A DNA stretch of 64,000 nucleotides from Eledone cirrhosa (taxonomy: Eukaryota), in NCBI GenBank assembly GCA_964016885.1, contig OZ024740.1:212536001-212600000 (forward strand). Reading direction: 5' to 3'. The notes under the pieces were generated by a model, which did not search any database, was not told where the DNA came from, and was given only the letters and a program-made list of their open reading frames with translations. The number at the start of each line of letters is the position of its first letter. Position 1 is the stretch's first letter. Made by a program: the position numbers and the translations under genes. Below are positions 51,175 to 64,000 of the stretch, one piece after another.

Positions 51175-51860
51175 ACACACACACACACATGCTTTCGCAT
51201 GTGCACAAGTATAGCTCGTTTAACAAAAGGTGTTTTTTGTCACTTCATGGATCTAATTTCAAAAGATTGAGACAGCTTGAAAGGGCGTTAATAGATGTGG
51301 TTGTATACTTGTACATACATACATACATACATACATACATACATACATACATAACTGCATATACACATGCACACATACAACTCAAAACATCCACATCCAC
51401 ACATACAATAACATCCATATCTACACATGCATGCATGCAGACATACATACATATCTACCTAGTTGATGTTGTGTAAATTCTAATGAGAGAGTCTTGTGTC
51501 TATGTTAGAAACCGACTCTCTCTCTATTGGTAAAACTTTGTGAAATTATAAAACCAGAAGAACATGCATACATGCATACATACATGCATATATACATACA
51601 TACATACATACATACATACATACATACATGCATACATACATACATACATACATACATACACATATATATACACACACAGGCCGGCATCGATGTTTGATGA
51701 GGTTGAAAAGTTGTGGTTGTTAATCTCCCTAGGTAATAAAATCTGGAGCCAAATTTCTCTCCCTACCCCCAAAACATAAATCAAGTTAACATCCTTAAAT
51801 ATAAAAGCATGCATATATAAAATATATAAATGTATAGCTATATACATACGTAAATGTATG

Positions 51861-52366
51861 TTTTCTCTTTCTCTTAATTTTGAGTATATTTTTTGACCGG
51901 CCACCTTCCTGGTGGCAAGGTTGTAAAAGAAAAGAAATTGTCATCCCTTGAATCGCAAGAATGTTTTGCAAATTTTGAAGGTGCCAGCTATCGCAGCCAT
52001 TTGTAGACTATGAATTAGGGAGCTGCGCTTTTTGTCCGCAAATCCAAGTTCAGTCATACTTTGGTCCAAGCGGGTTGGTATATAACCCGTAGCACCAATA
52101 ATGATGGGTATGAAGCTAAAGGTGTATCTTGGATACTGGATTTGTAAACTTCTCATCAATGGTCCGTAGATGTCCTCCTTCTCCTGTATTTTTCTGACAA
52201 CGTTTACATCAAGTGGGCAGCTGATCTCCACAACAGAACACGTTTTCAATGTGTGGTCCCAAACTACAATATCAGGCCGGTTGTGCTTTAATTTGGTGGC
52301 AGTTTTTATTTTCAGGTTCCACCAGTATTCCTTAGTGCCATCTGTCTCAATATATTCTTCCTCGTT
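51861..52366 (-). mobile_element. Dong/R4 RLE 3' end, second subfamily
   Basis: EYWWNLKIKT..HNRPDIVVWD..VVEISCPLD..PIIIGATG. Confidence 0.85.
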
Positions 52367-52730
52367 TGTATGTATGTATGTATATATGTATGTATGTTTG
52401 TATATAAGTATGTATATATGTATGTACCTCCCCAATTTCTCTAATACCCCGTCCTTTATCACACCCCTAGATTCCTATCGCTTTCTCTTGATCATTAACA
52501 TCCTCTCTTCCAACTAATACATGCCGACTATATATGCTCACTCCACATTTCCCTTCACTGCTCTGTATACACACAAACACACCCTTTATATTAACATACT
52601 GTTGCTCATGGCTTCGTACTTACATGCACACACACACACTCTTTTACTCACATATACACACACTTTTCTTTTTAGCTTCGTACGGACGTATAATAACACC
52701 CCCCCCCCCCCACACACACACACACACACA

Positions 52731-52766
<36 letters not shown>

Positions 52767-53400
52767 CTTTCGCATGTGCACAAGTATAGCTCGTTTAACA
52801 AAAGGTGTTTTTTTTCACTTCATGGATCTAATTTCAAAAGATTGAGACAGCTTGAAAGGGCGTTAATAGATGTGGTTGTATACTTGTACATACATACATA
52901 CATACATACATACATACATACATACATACATACATAACTGCATATACACATGCACACATACAACTCAAAACATCCACATCCACACATACAATAACATCCA
53001 TATCTACACATACATGCATGCAGACATACATACATATCTACCTAGTTGATGTTGTGTAAATTCCAATGAGAGAGTCTTGTGTCTATGTTAGAAACCGACT
53101 CTCTCTCTCTATTGGTAAAACTTTGTGAAATTATAAAACCAGAAGAACATGCATACATACATGCATACATACATATATACACACACAGGCCGGCATTGGT
53201 GTTTGATGAGGTTGAAAAGTTGTGGTTGTTAAACTCCCTCGGTAATAAAATCTGGAGCCAAAATTCTCTCCTTACCAAAAAAACAAATCATGTTAACATC
53301 CTTAAATATAAATGCATGCATATATACAAATATATAAATGTATAGCTATATACATACGTAAATGTATGTATGTATATATGTATGTATGTATTTATGTATG

Positions 53401-54398
53401 TTCTTCTGGTTTTTTAATTTCACAAAGTTTTACCAATAGAGAGAGAGTCTAACATAGACACAAGACTCTCTCATTGGAATGTACACATCAACTAGGTAGA
53501 TATGTATGTATGCATGCATGTGTAGATATGGATGTTATTGTATGTGTGGATGTGTATGTTTTGAGTTGTATGTGTGCATGTGTATATGTTTTGCATCTGT
53601 ACATGTGTATATGCAGTTATTAGATGTAAAATATTTGGAATGTTTTACATATTTTTACTGTTCCATTAATGGATTGTACTTGTAATTTCCTAACTAGTTG
53701 TGTTCTTTCTGTTCCTGTGAAGCCTAGCTTCTAAAGATTTGCATTGAGGCAATTACTAACATACCGCAGTGCCTCAATAATCACAGGCATAAATCTGAAG
53801 GTGTAATCAGGGTGGAGTATCTGCAGATTTCTCATCAGTTCTGCATAAATATTCTCCTTTTCACTAATCTTTGATATTATATTGGCATCTGCTGGGCAAC
53901 TAATTTCCACTACTGTGCATGCTTTCTTCTCCCTGTCCCATATAATATCTGGTCTGTTATGCCTGAATTTTATTGGGGTTTTTACTGGAACATTCCACCA
54001 GTACTCTTTCATATTATGTACATGGATGTCTTCCACATTGCTGTAGCTTTTAATGTGTTTATTATCGGGGTTATCTTTTTTACGAACTGCATCGTACAGT
54101 GTTTTGGCCACTACATCATGCCTCATAGGTAGATAGTACCGCGATGACATCTTTGGATAGCTGCTGTTGACATGGGTGTTATCCTCGATGTTAGTTCTGC
54201 AGAGTCTGCACTTGTTATCTCATCTAGGTGTGTTGCCTGCATACCTATCTCTTTTATGAATGAGGTATTTCGTGTTAATCTCCTGTTCTTGGATTGCAAA
54301 AGCGTATCCTTCAAAGTGGGAGCCAATATAGCGGTTGTTGGTCCAAGATAGACTAATTTCCTTATCTATATTACTCTCTTTCCTTATCTATATTACTC
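53401..54398 (-). mobile_element. Dong/R4 3' portion, same family as 5672-8640
   Basis: MSSRYYLPMRHDVVAK..RPDIIWD..VEISCP; 3' UTR matches; (TATG)n on both flanks. Confidence 0.92.
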
Positions 54399-54440
54399 TA
54401 TGTATGTATGTATGTAACATGTATCCCAGTATAACCTCTG

Positions 54441-54973
54441 TCATGATTGGGTCGTTGGCGACTAAACTGGCAACCGCACCAAGGTCTCTTGGTGAGGAGG
54501 GTGACTGGTCATCCGGCAGGATTAAAAACAAAACCTGTCAAAGTGCAAAGGAGCTCTTAAGAGTCAATGGCCATCCAAAATCACCGGGAGAGATGACCCC
54601 TTATCCTTTGACGAGGCAGAATTCTAGGAGAAGGAAAACTCTGATATAACACCTGCAACTCTGATAGTATCCAATGATGTTGATTTGTTCTTCTTTTTGG
54701 TAAATGTCATCTTGGTTATGCAGTGCCTTTGCTCACTATAAAAGTTTCACGGCACAGGCATTGCTTTATATCTGGATATCTCTCTGCACTTGTCGTCACG
54801 TGATACCATGGGCCCAGCACTATGTGTCAATAATTGTCACAAGTGTAGTGTTTGTACCAGAGTTCAAGTCGCTGGCTGGACTAAAAAGTCACACTCGTTC
54901 AGCGCATCGGTAGGGGTTCCCCTACATGGATATAAAGTACTTGCCGTACTCGAAAACGAGTTGGCAGCCACCA
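54441..54973 (+). mobile_element. Full-length ~530-bp RTE-derived non-autonomous element
   Basis: Reverse complement of 9269-9793, running from head CATGATTGGGTCGTTGGCGAC to tail GGCAGCCACCAT. Confidence 0.85.
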
Positions 54974-55277
54974 TATATGTATTTATGTATATATGTATGT
55001 ATATATGTATGTACCTCCCCAATTTCTCTAATGCCCCGTCCATTATCCCACCCCTAGATACCTATCGCTTTCTCGTGATCATTAACAGCTGCTCTTCCAA
55101 CTAATACATCCCAACTATATATGCTCACTCCACTTTTCCCTTCACTGCTCTGTATACACACAAACACACCCTTATATTAACATACTGTTGCTCATAGCTT
55201 CGTACTTACATGCACATACACACACTCTTTTACTCACGTATACACACACTTTTCTTCTTAGCTTCGTATGGACGTAT

Positions 55278-55314
<37 letters not shown>

Positions 55315-55635
55315 CTTTCGCATGTGCACAAGTATAGCTCTTTTTACAAAACGTGTTTTTTTCCATTTCAGGTAAACGCGCTCCATCATCCACTTTTCTA
55401 AAAAATAAATCATACACAAAACGCCAGCATCAACAGTTTTCCAAGAGATGTCAACATGGATGGACCTGTTATTTTTATCTAAAGACATTTTTTCCAATTC
55501 CATCCCGCCCGTCCCCTCAATCTATCTTATCTAGCGTTCGAAACGTTAAGACCCTCTTCCTGCTATATCAAGCGTTAACCTAATATATCCCTTCCATATA
55601 CTGTACCGATTGTGTTGTTATTTCTGTTTACCTTT

Positions 55636-55676
<41 letters not shown>

Positions 55677-55798
55677 CACACACACATTTTTTTTCTATCT
55701 GGCGTAGATGGATCTGTCTAGAATGGCGCATGACTGCGCATCTAGCACAAGACTCCCGACGACAAGCACCAACGTCATTGCTTATACCTTAGCCAAAA

Positions 55799-56233
55799 GT
55801 AGATAATTTTAGGCCCATAACTCTGCTGAACGCCGACGTTCAGCAGAGTTATGGGCCTAAAATTATCTACGTTGTCCTCCTTGTTTGGGTACTTTCTCAG
55901 CAGTGCCACGGCTCCTCGGCTCACAGAACTGGGAATTCTCCCATTCTGCTGCAAGTTTCAGTAGACGTCTGCCAAGAATTCGCCGAACAAGTCTGGCATG
56001 TGTACGTAAAGCCCGTAGGGCAGACCATCCATACCAGGTGGCGTCTTACACCTCACGCGGCCAGTCATTGCCTCCCGTATAACAGCGGCAGTTATCGGTT
56101 TTTCGCAGCACTCCGCCTCCGTCGCCGAGAGCCGTGGTAGGCTGTCGAGGTAGAGATTAAAGTCCATTCCGCAATCCGGCACACCACTGCTCCCGAGCAG
56201 TTGAGCGAAGTGCTCGAGAAGTGATGTACGCAT
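55799..56233 (-). mobile_element. L1/Tx1 RT fragment ending in a perfect fold-back
   Basis: HFAQLLG..DFNLYLDSLPRLS..PGMDGLPY..NFRPITLLN; homologous to 1150-1530. Confidence 0.85.
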
Positions 56234-56236
56234 TCT

Positions 56237-59035
56237 ATAACTCAGTGGGCAAACTAACGGAATCGAAACGCACAGTAAATTTTTTCAGGATATGGAGGGA
56301 AAGAAATCCAAAAAGGAGACTAAACCTGGACGAAAACCATCTTGCAAATGTAAGAAGAGATATTGTTAGAAAAGACACTAACAGATGCAGAATTAAATAA
56401 AATTAAGAAGAATGTTGAAAAAGATTCGAGAATACCAATATTAAGAAAGGGATAGAAATGAATATGGGACAGAAGAGACACCACAAAACGTACTGACTAC
56501 GTTGTCACCAGGAGAGATTTCATGGAAGATGGAGGGTATCAGAAACACAACAGAACAGGGTGAAGCTGATGGGTACGTCGACAATATGGATTAGGGTACT
56601 TTTACTAATGAACATAAAGATCATACAGAATAAACAAAATAAAAATTCTCAATGAACTTGGAAAAATAAAAAAGACTTAGTATGAGTGAAAGAGAGTCCT
56701 TGCAGATATTGACAACCAGAACAAGACACACATAAGAACTGGAAATCAGGCGGATAAAGCAAGAATTGAAGTGGAGCCTGATATACCAGGATTGACTGAG
56801 GCTATTTATGCAGCAGCAACGGATAGAAAAGAAATGTGGGTTAAGGAAAAAGCGAAAATGACACAACACACACACACAAAACCACACTGGAAGTTAAAAA
56901 TTGAGAAAGAAATTGGCATGAGGAGTGGAGAAATATTGCTCCTGGATTAAATATGTACGGGGAAGTCTGTCAAGTCAAGAAAAGGAAGGAAGGTGATTAA
57001 GAAATACAATGTAAATTTAAACTCTGACATTCCATCAATCAAAGAAACTCCGAAACAAAAGGTACAGATGAAAGCTCAAGGAATCAGAAGATTTGAAAAA
57101 CAAAATAGGTTTTACTGGCAAAAAGGGTTTTAAGGAAATTGTGGCACAGAGAGTTCAAAAAAAGGAACTTACTTTAATTCATGAAATTGAAGAATTCTGG
57201 AGAACAGTATGGTATACAGAAAAATCCCACAATGCATTGCAGAATGGATAAAGAACATGAAAGAAATATACAATAATTTAGAAAGACAAACTTGGCAAGA
57301 CATAACTATGGAAGAACTGGAGTTGGCATTAAAGAAAGAAAAACAAATGGAAATCCCCTGATAAAGGGCCAAACTTTTGGTTATCTTCTCTAATTTCTAC
57401 CCATGATATGTGGGTAAAATGTTATATCGAAATTATGCACAACCCTGAAAAACCCTGATTTGTTTGCATAAGGTATAACATATCTCTTGCCGAAGTCGAA
57501 AGAAACAAATACTCTAAAAAATTATCGCCCTATCATTTGCCTTCCTACATCATACAAAATTCTCACATAAATCTTGACTGAGACAACCTACAAACTTATG
57601 GATGAAAATCATCTATTCCCTATTGAGCAGAAAAGTTGTCGCTGTGGGTCTTACATGTACAAAGATCAACTTCTCATTAACCGCATGATTCTGGAAAACT
57701 GTCATAAAAAGTATAGAAATCTGAGTATTGCTTGGATCGACTACAAGAAAACATTTGACAGTGTTCCACACACAGGGATTTTGAAAATTTTGGATGTTCT
57801 GAAGATTTTCCCAGTAATATCAAACTTCCTGAAATACATGTCTCTATAGAATACAAGCCTATCATTGTCACACAATGATGGAATTATAAATTCCAACAGC
57901 ATAAGTATTAACTGTGGTTTTTTTCAAGGTGTTTCGTTCTCTCCTCTGATATTTTACTTTTCACTCACAATATAAAATATGGCTACAAAATAGACAGTAA
58001 ACAATAAATCACCTGTTTTATGTGGATGACTTGAAGCTGTATGCCAAAATGACAACGAAGGTGTTTAGCGGTGATGTGGGGATGGAGTTTGGATTGGAAA
58101 AATGCACCAAAGAAACATTCAAGAAATGACAAGCACAAACTCAATGGAAATGAATGTGAATACAATATTTAGGAAACTAGAACAAGAACAAGCCTACAGA
58201 TATCTAGGGATCAATGAAGGCCAAGGTATTTACCACGCCAGGATGAAAGAGAGAATCAGGAAGGAATTCTACCAGAGACTACGTGCTGTCATGAAACAGA
58301 GCTTAACTTGAGAAATAAATTATCTGCCATAAATGCGCTTGCAATCTCTGTTGTCACCTAGAGTTTCAATATTATAAATTGGAAAGTTAACGAAATTAAA
58401 AGAATGGACACCAAAATCAAGAAACCTGTAATAGAATACATCACCCAAAAGCAGATGTGGATTGCCTCTATCCCCCTAGACAAAATGGCGGTAGAGAAAT
58501 GATCCAGCTTGAGCTTTCATACAGGATATTGACCATTGGACTCAATCAGTACCTTAAAACCACAGATGACTGGATGATGAAAATGGTCACAGTTCACGAA
58601 AGGGGGATAGAGGTTACATTCAGTCACAAAGGAAAGTAGGAAATTCGCAGAACTGGAAATACAGTTTGAAAATAATAATGGTGATTCTGAAATTAAAGCC
58701 GCAAAGAATATCAAAGTGTTGGCAAAACATGAAGGCCAACAGGAACTGTGCATTAAATGGGAGCAAAACCCACTGCATCGTTAGTAGCAAAGAACCTAAT
58801 GCAGATCAAGCTCTCATCCATCAGTGGCTGCGAAGTTTTGGGGCTAAAGCAGAGAGTGGGGGGCTTCATTTTGGCTGCACAAGACCAGTGTCTCCCAACG
58901 CGCAACTTTCATACCAATGTGATCAGAAATGGAATTGACCAAAAGTGTCGACGATTCTGTGATGATCATGTTGAGACCATTGACCACCTGGTTTCAGACT
59001 GCAAGGTATTAGCTGCCCAGGAATATAAAACAAGG
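56237..59035 (+). mobile_element. Older Dong/R4-clade LINE ORF, heavily degenerate, cut off by the satellite
   Basis: NYRPIICL, DQLLINRMIL, IAWIDYKKTFDSVPH, YRYLGI, RQNGGR, FILAAQDQCL, CRRFC..ETIDHLVSDC. Confidence 0.88.
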
Positions 59036-62000
59036 TTTTACCCCCTAAGGTTTTACCCTAAGGTTCCCCCCTATGGTTCCCCCCTATGGTTCCCCCTAAG
59101 GTTCCACCCAAAGGTTTTACCTCCTAAGGTTTTACCTCATAAGGTTTTACCCCCTAAGGTTTTACCCCCTAAGGTTCCCCCTAAGGTACCCCCAGGTTTT
59201 ACCCCCTAAGGTTCCCCCCTAAGGTTTTACCTCCTAAGGTTTTACCTCCTAAGGTGTTCACCCCTAAGATTCCCCCCGAAGGTTCCCCCCCTAAGGTTCC
59301 CCCTTAAGGTTCCCCCCCTAAGTTCCCCCCTAAGGTCCCCCCTAAGTTTCCCCCTAAGGTTTTACCCCCTAAGGTTTTACCTCCTAAGGTTCCCCCCTTA
59401 TTATCCCCCCTAAGGTTTTCCCCCCTAAGGTTCCCCCTAAGGTTTTCCCCCTAAGGTTTTCCCCCCGGAGGTTCCACCCTAAGGTTTTCCCCCTAAGTTT
59501 CCCCCTTAAGGTTTTCCCCCCTAAGGTTCCCCCCTAAGGTTTTCCCCCTTAAGGTTTTACCTCCTAAGGTTCCCCCCTAAGGTTTTACCACCTAAGGTTC
59601 CCCCACCTAAGGTTCTACCTCCTAAGGTTTTACCTCCTAAGGTTTCCCCTCCTAAGGTTTTTACCTCCTAAGGTTTTACCTCCTAAGGTTCCCCCTCCTA
59701 AGGTTTTACCTCCTAAGGTTCCCCCTCCTAAGGTTTTACCTCCTAAGGTTTTACCTCCTGAGGTTCCCCCTCCTAAGGTTTTACCTCCTAAGGTTCCCCC
59801 TCCTAAGGTTCCCCCTCCTAAGGTTTTACCTCCTAAGGTTTTACCTCCTAAGGTTTTACCTCCCAAGGTTTTACCTCGTAAGATTTTACCCCCTAAGGTT
59901 TTACCTCCTAAGGTTCTACCTCCTAAGGTTCTACCCCCTAAGGTTCTACCTCCTAAGGTTCTACCTCCTAAGGTTTTACCTCCTAAGGTTCCCCCCTAAG
60001 GTTTTACCTCCTAAGGTTTTACCTCCTAAGGTTTTACCTCCTAAGGTTCTACCCCCTAAGGTTCTACCTCCTAAGGTTCCCCCCTAAGATTCTAACCCCT
60101 AAGGTTTTACCTCCTAAGGTTCCCCCCTAAGATTCTAACCCCTAAGGTTTTACCTGCTAAGGTTCCCCCTCCTAAGGTTCTAACTCCTAAGGTTCTACCT
60201 CCTTAGGTTTTACCCCCTAAGGTTTTACCTCCTAAGGTTCTACCTCCTAAGGTTTTACCTCCTAAGGTTTTACCTCCTAAGGTTCTACCTCCGAAGGTTT
60301 TACCTCCTAAGGTTCTACTTCCTAAGGATTTTCCTCCTAATGTTTTACCTCCTAAGGTTCTACCTCCTAAGGTTCTACCTCCTTAGGTTTTACCCCCTAA
60401 GGTTTTACCTCCTAAGGTTTTACCTCCTAAGGTTCTACCTCCTAAGGTTTTACCTCCTAAGGTTCTACCCCCTAAGGTTCTACCTCCTAAGGTCTTACCT
60501 CCTAAGGTTCTACCTCCTAAGGTCTTACCTCCTAAGGTTCTACCTCCTAAGGTTCTACCTCCTAAGGTTTTACCTCCTAAGGTTCTACCCCCTAAGGTTC
60601 TACCTCCTAAGGTCTTACCTCCTAAGGTTCTACCTCCTAAGGTTTTACCTCCTAAGGTTCCCCCTAAGGTTCTACCTCCTAAGGTTCTAACTCCTAAGAT
60701 TCTACCTCCTAAGGTTTTACCTCCTAAGGTTCTACCCCCTAAGGTTCTACCTCCTAAGGTCTTACCTCCTAAGGTTCTACCTCCTAAGGTTTTACCTCCT
60801 AAGGTTCCCCCTAAGGTTCTACCTCCTAAGGTTCTAACTCCTAAGGTTCTAACTCCTAAGGTTTTACCTCCTAAGGTTTTACCTCCTAAGGTTTTACCTC
60901 CTAAGGTTCTACCTCCTAAGGTTTTACCTCCTAAGGTTCCCCCTAAGGTTCTACCTCCTAAGGTTCTAACTCCTAAGGTTCTACCTCCTAAGATTTTACC
61001 TCCTAAGGTTTTACCTCCTAAGGTTCTACCTCCTAAGGTTTTACCTCCTAAGGTTTTACCTCCTAAGGTTCTACCTCCTAAGGTTTTACCTCCTAAGGTT
61101 TTACCTCCTAAGGTTCTACCTCCTAAGGTTTTACCTCCTAAGGTTCCCCCTCCTAAGGTTTTACCTCCTAAGGTTTTACCTCCTAAGGTTTTACCTCCTA
61201 AGGTTCTACCTCCTAAGGTTCCCCCTCCTAAGGTTTTACCTCCTAAGGTTCCCCCTCCTAAGGTTTTACCTCCTAAGGTTTTACCTCCTAAGGTTTTACC
61301 TCCTAAGGTTCTACCTCCTAAGGTTTTACCTCCTAAGGTTCTACCTCCTAAGGTTTTACCTCCTAAGGTTTTACCTCCTAAGGTTCTAACTCCTAAGGTT
61401 CTACCTCCTAAGGTTTTACCTCCTAAGGTTCACCCTCCTAAGGTTTTACCTCCTAAGGTTCCCCCTCCTAAGGTTTTACCTCCTAAGGTTCCCCCTCCTA
61501 AGGTTTTACCTCCTAAGGTTTTACCTCCTAAGGTTCTACCTCCTAAGGTTTTACCTCCTAAGGTTCCACCTCCTAAGGTTTTACCTCCTAAGGTTTTACC
61601 TCCTAAGGTTCTAACTCCTAAGGTTCTACCTCCTAAGGTTTTACCTCCTAAGGTTCTAACTCCTAAGGTTTTACCTCCTAAGGTTTTACATCCTAAGGTT
61701 CTACCTCCTAAGGTTTTACCTCCTAAGGTTTTACCTCCTAAGGTTTTACCTCCTAAGGTTTTACCTCCTAAGGTTCTAACTCCTAAGGTTCTACCTCCTA
61801 AGGTTTTACCTCCTATGGTTCTACCTCCTAAGGTTCCCCCTCCTAAGGTTCTACCTCCTAAGGTTCTACCTCCTAAGGTTCTACCTTCTAAGGTTTTACC
61901 TCCTAAGGTTCTACCCCCTAAGGTTTTACCTCCTAAGGTTCTACCTCTTAAGGTTTTACCTCCTAAGGTTCTAGCCCCTAAGGTTTTACCTCCTAAGGTT

Positions 62001-64000
62001 CCCCCCCCCCTAAGGTTCCCCCCCAAGGTTTTACCTCCTAAGGTTCTACCCCCTAAGGTTTTACCTCCTAAGGTCCCCCCCAAGGTTCTACCTCCTAAGG
62101 TTTTACCTCATAAGGTTCTACCCCCTAAGGTTCTACCTCCTAAGGTTTTACCTCCGAAGATTTTACCTCCTAAGGTTCTACCTCCTAAGGTTTTACCTCC
62201 TAAGGTTTTACCTCCTAATGTTTTACCTCCTAAGGTTCCCCCTCCTAAGTTTCCCCCTCCTAAGGTTTTACCTCCTAAGGTTTTACCTCCTAAGGTTCTA
62301 CCTCCTAAGGTTTTACCCCCTAAGGTTTTACCTCCTAAGGTTTTACCTCCTAAGGTTTTACCTCCTAAGGTTTTACCTCCTAAGGTTCTACCTCCTAAGG
62401 TTTTACCCCCTAAGGTTTTACCTCCTAAGGTTTTACCTCCTAAGGTTTTACCACCTAACGTTCTACCTCCTAAGGTTTTACCCCCTAAGGTTTTACCTCC
62501 TAAGGTTTTACCTCTTAAGGTTCTACCTCCTAAGGTTCTACCTCCTAAGGTTTTACCTCCTAAGGTTCTACCCCAAAGGTTTTACCTCCTAAGGTCTCCC
62601 CCCCTAAGGTTCTACCTCATAAGGTTCTACCCCCTAAGGTTCTACCTCCTAAGGTTTTACCTCCGAAGATTTTACCTCCTAAGGTTCTACGTCCTAAGGT
62701 TTTACCTCCTAAGGTTCCCCCTCCTAAGGTTTTACCTCCTAATGTTTTACCTCCTAAGGTTCCCCCTCCTAAGGTTCCCCCTCGTAAGGTTTTACCTCCT
62801 AAGGTTTCACCTCCTAAGGTTTTACCTCCTAAGATTTTAACTCCTAAGGTTCTACCTCCTAAGGTTTTACCTCCTAAGGTTCTACCTCCTAAGGTTTTAC
62901 CTCCTAAGGTTTTACCTCCTAAGGTTTTACCTCCTAATGTTCCACCTCCTAAGGTTTTACCTCCTAAGGTTCTACCTCCTAAGGTTTTACCTCCTAAGGT
63001 TTTACCTCCTAAGGTTCTACCTCCTAAGGTTTTACCTCCTAAGGTTCTACCTCCTAAGGTTTTACCTCCTAAGGTTTTACCTCCTAAGGTTCTACCTCCT
63101 AAGGTTTTAACTCCTAAGGTTTTAACCCCTAAAGTTTTACCTCCTAAGGTTCTACCTCCTAAGGTTCTACCTCCTAAGGTTCTACCCCCTAAGGTTTTAC
63201 CTCCTAAGGTTTTACCTCCTAAGGTTTTAACTCCTAAGGTTTTACCCCCTAGGGTTCCCCCCTAAGGTTTTACCCCTTAAGGTTCCCCCCTAAGGTTCCC
63301 CCCTAAGGTTCCCTCCTGAGGTTCCCCCCTAAGGTTTCCCCCCCTAAGGTTTTACCTCCTAAGGTTTTACCTCCTAAGGTTTTACCTCCTAAGGTTCCCC
63401 CTCCGAAGGTTCTAACTCCTAAGGTTCTACCTCCTTAGGTTTTACCCCCTAAGGTTTTACCTCCTAAGGTTCTACCACCTAAGGTTTTACCTCCTAAGGT
63501 TTTTCCTCCTAATGTTTTACCTCCTAAGGTTCTACCTCCTTAGGTTTTACCCCCTAAGGTTTTACCTCCTAAGGTTTTACCTCCTAAGGTTCTACCTCCT
63601 AAGGTTCTACCTCCTAAGGTCTTACCTCCTAAGGTTCTACCTCCTAAGGTTCTACCTCCTAAGGTTTTACCTCCTAAGGTCTTACCTCCTAAGGTTCTAC
63701 CCCCTAAGGTTCTACCTCCTAAGGTTTTACCTCCTAAGGTCTTACCTCCTAAGGTTCTACCTCCTAAGGTTCTACCTCCTAAGGTTTTACCTCCTAAGGT
63801 TCTACCCCCTAAGGTTTTACCTCCTAAGGTTCTACCTCCTAAGGTTTTACCTCCTAAGGTTCTAGCCCCTAAGGTTTTACCTCCTAAGGTTCCCCCCCCT
63901 AAGGTTCCCCCCCAAGGTTTTACCTCCTAAGGTTCTACCCCCTAAGGTTTTACCTCCTAAGGTCCCCCCCAAGGTTCTACCTCCTAAGGTTTTACCTCAT
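59032..64000 (+). repeat. 15-bp satellite (AAGGTTTTACCTCCT)n, at least 5 kb, running off the right edge
   Basis: About 330 tandem units with variants TTCTACC, TTCCCCC and TCTTACC. Confidence 0.97.

Larger units (their letters stand above)
50415..55350. repeat. Local duplicated composite unit (~1.05 kb): 50810-51860 and 52370-53390, partial copies 50415-50810 and 54975-55350
   Basis: Marker GTACCTCCCCAATTTCTCTAAT at 50863, 52424 and 55011; marker ACAGGCCGGCAT at 50631, 51676 and 53185. Confidence 0.88.

Noticed and set aside
59630-63865. VLPPK / GGKTL extensin-like or pentapeptide ORFs, and a possible true telomere
   Set aside because: Frame artefacts of the 15-bp satellite. The unit is not (TTAGGG)n and the strand polarity is wrong for a right-hand chromosome end.

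Overview
A repeat-saturated, AT-rich stretch of animal genome with no recognisable host gene. The SINE and LINE repertoire and the huge (TA)n/(CATA)n tracts suggest a coleoid cephalopod, probably octopus; this is an inference. The window holds decayed non-LTR retrotransposons (L1/Tx1, Dong/R4, RTE, CR1), Penelope-like elements of Naiad-type and a second clade, a Gypsy protease relic, tRNA-SINEs and hAT MITEs. It also has tandem arrays with 48-bp, 42-bp and ~474-bp units, plus a 15-bp satellite filling the last 5 kb. The main unannotated signal is a dense set of minimal type I hammerhead ribozyme (HHR) motifs, about 15 read by eye on both strands. Four lie in a young non-coding ~474-bp tandem array at 33021-35063 that looks like a Penelope-mobilised non-LTR retrozyme (candidate circular RNA). 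Two ORF-less palindromes carry an HHR on each strand, and one HHR family keeps a C-C mismatch in stem II while the surrounding pairs covary. All folds were read manually and none has been tested for activity.
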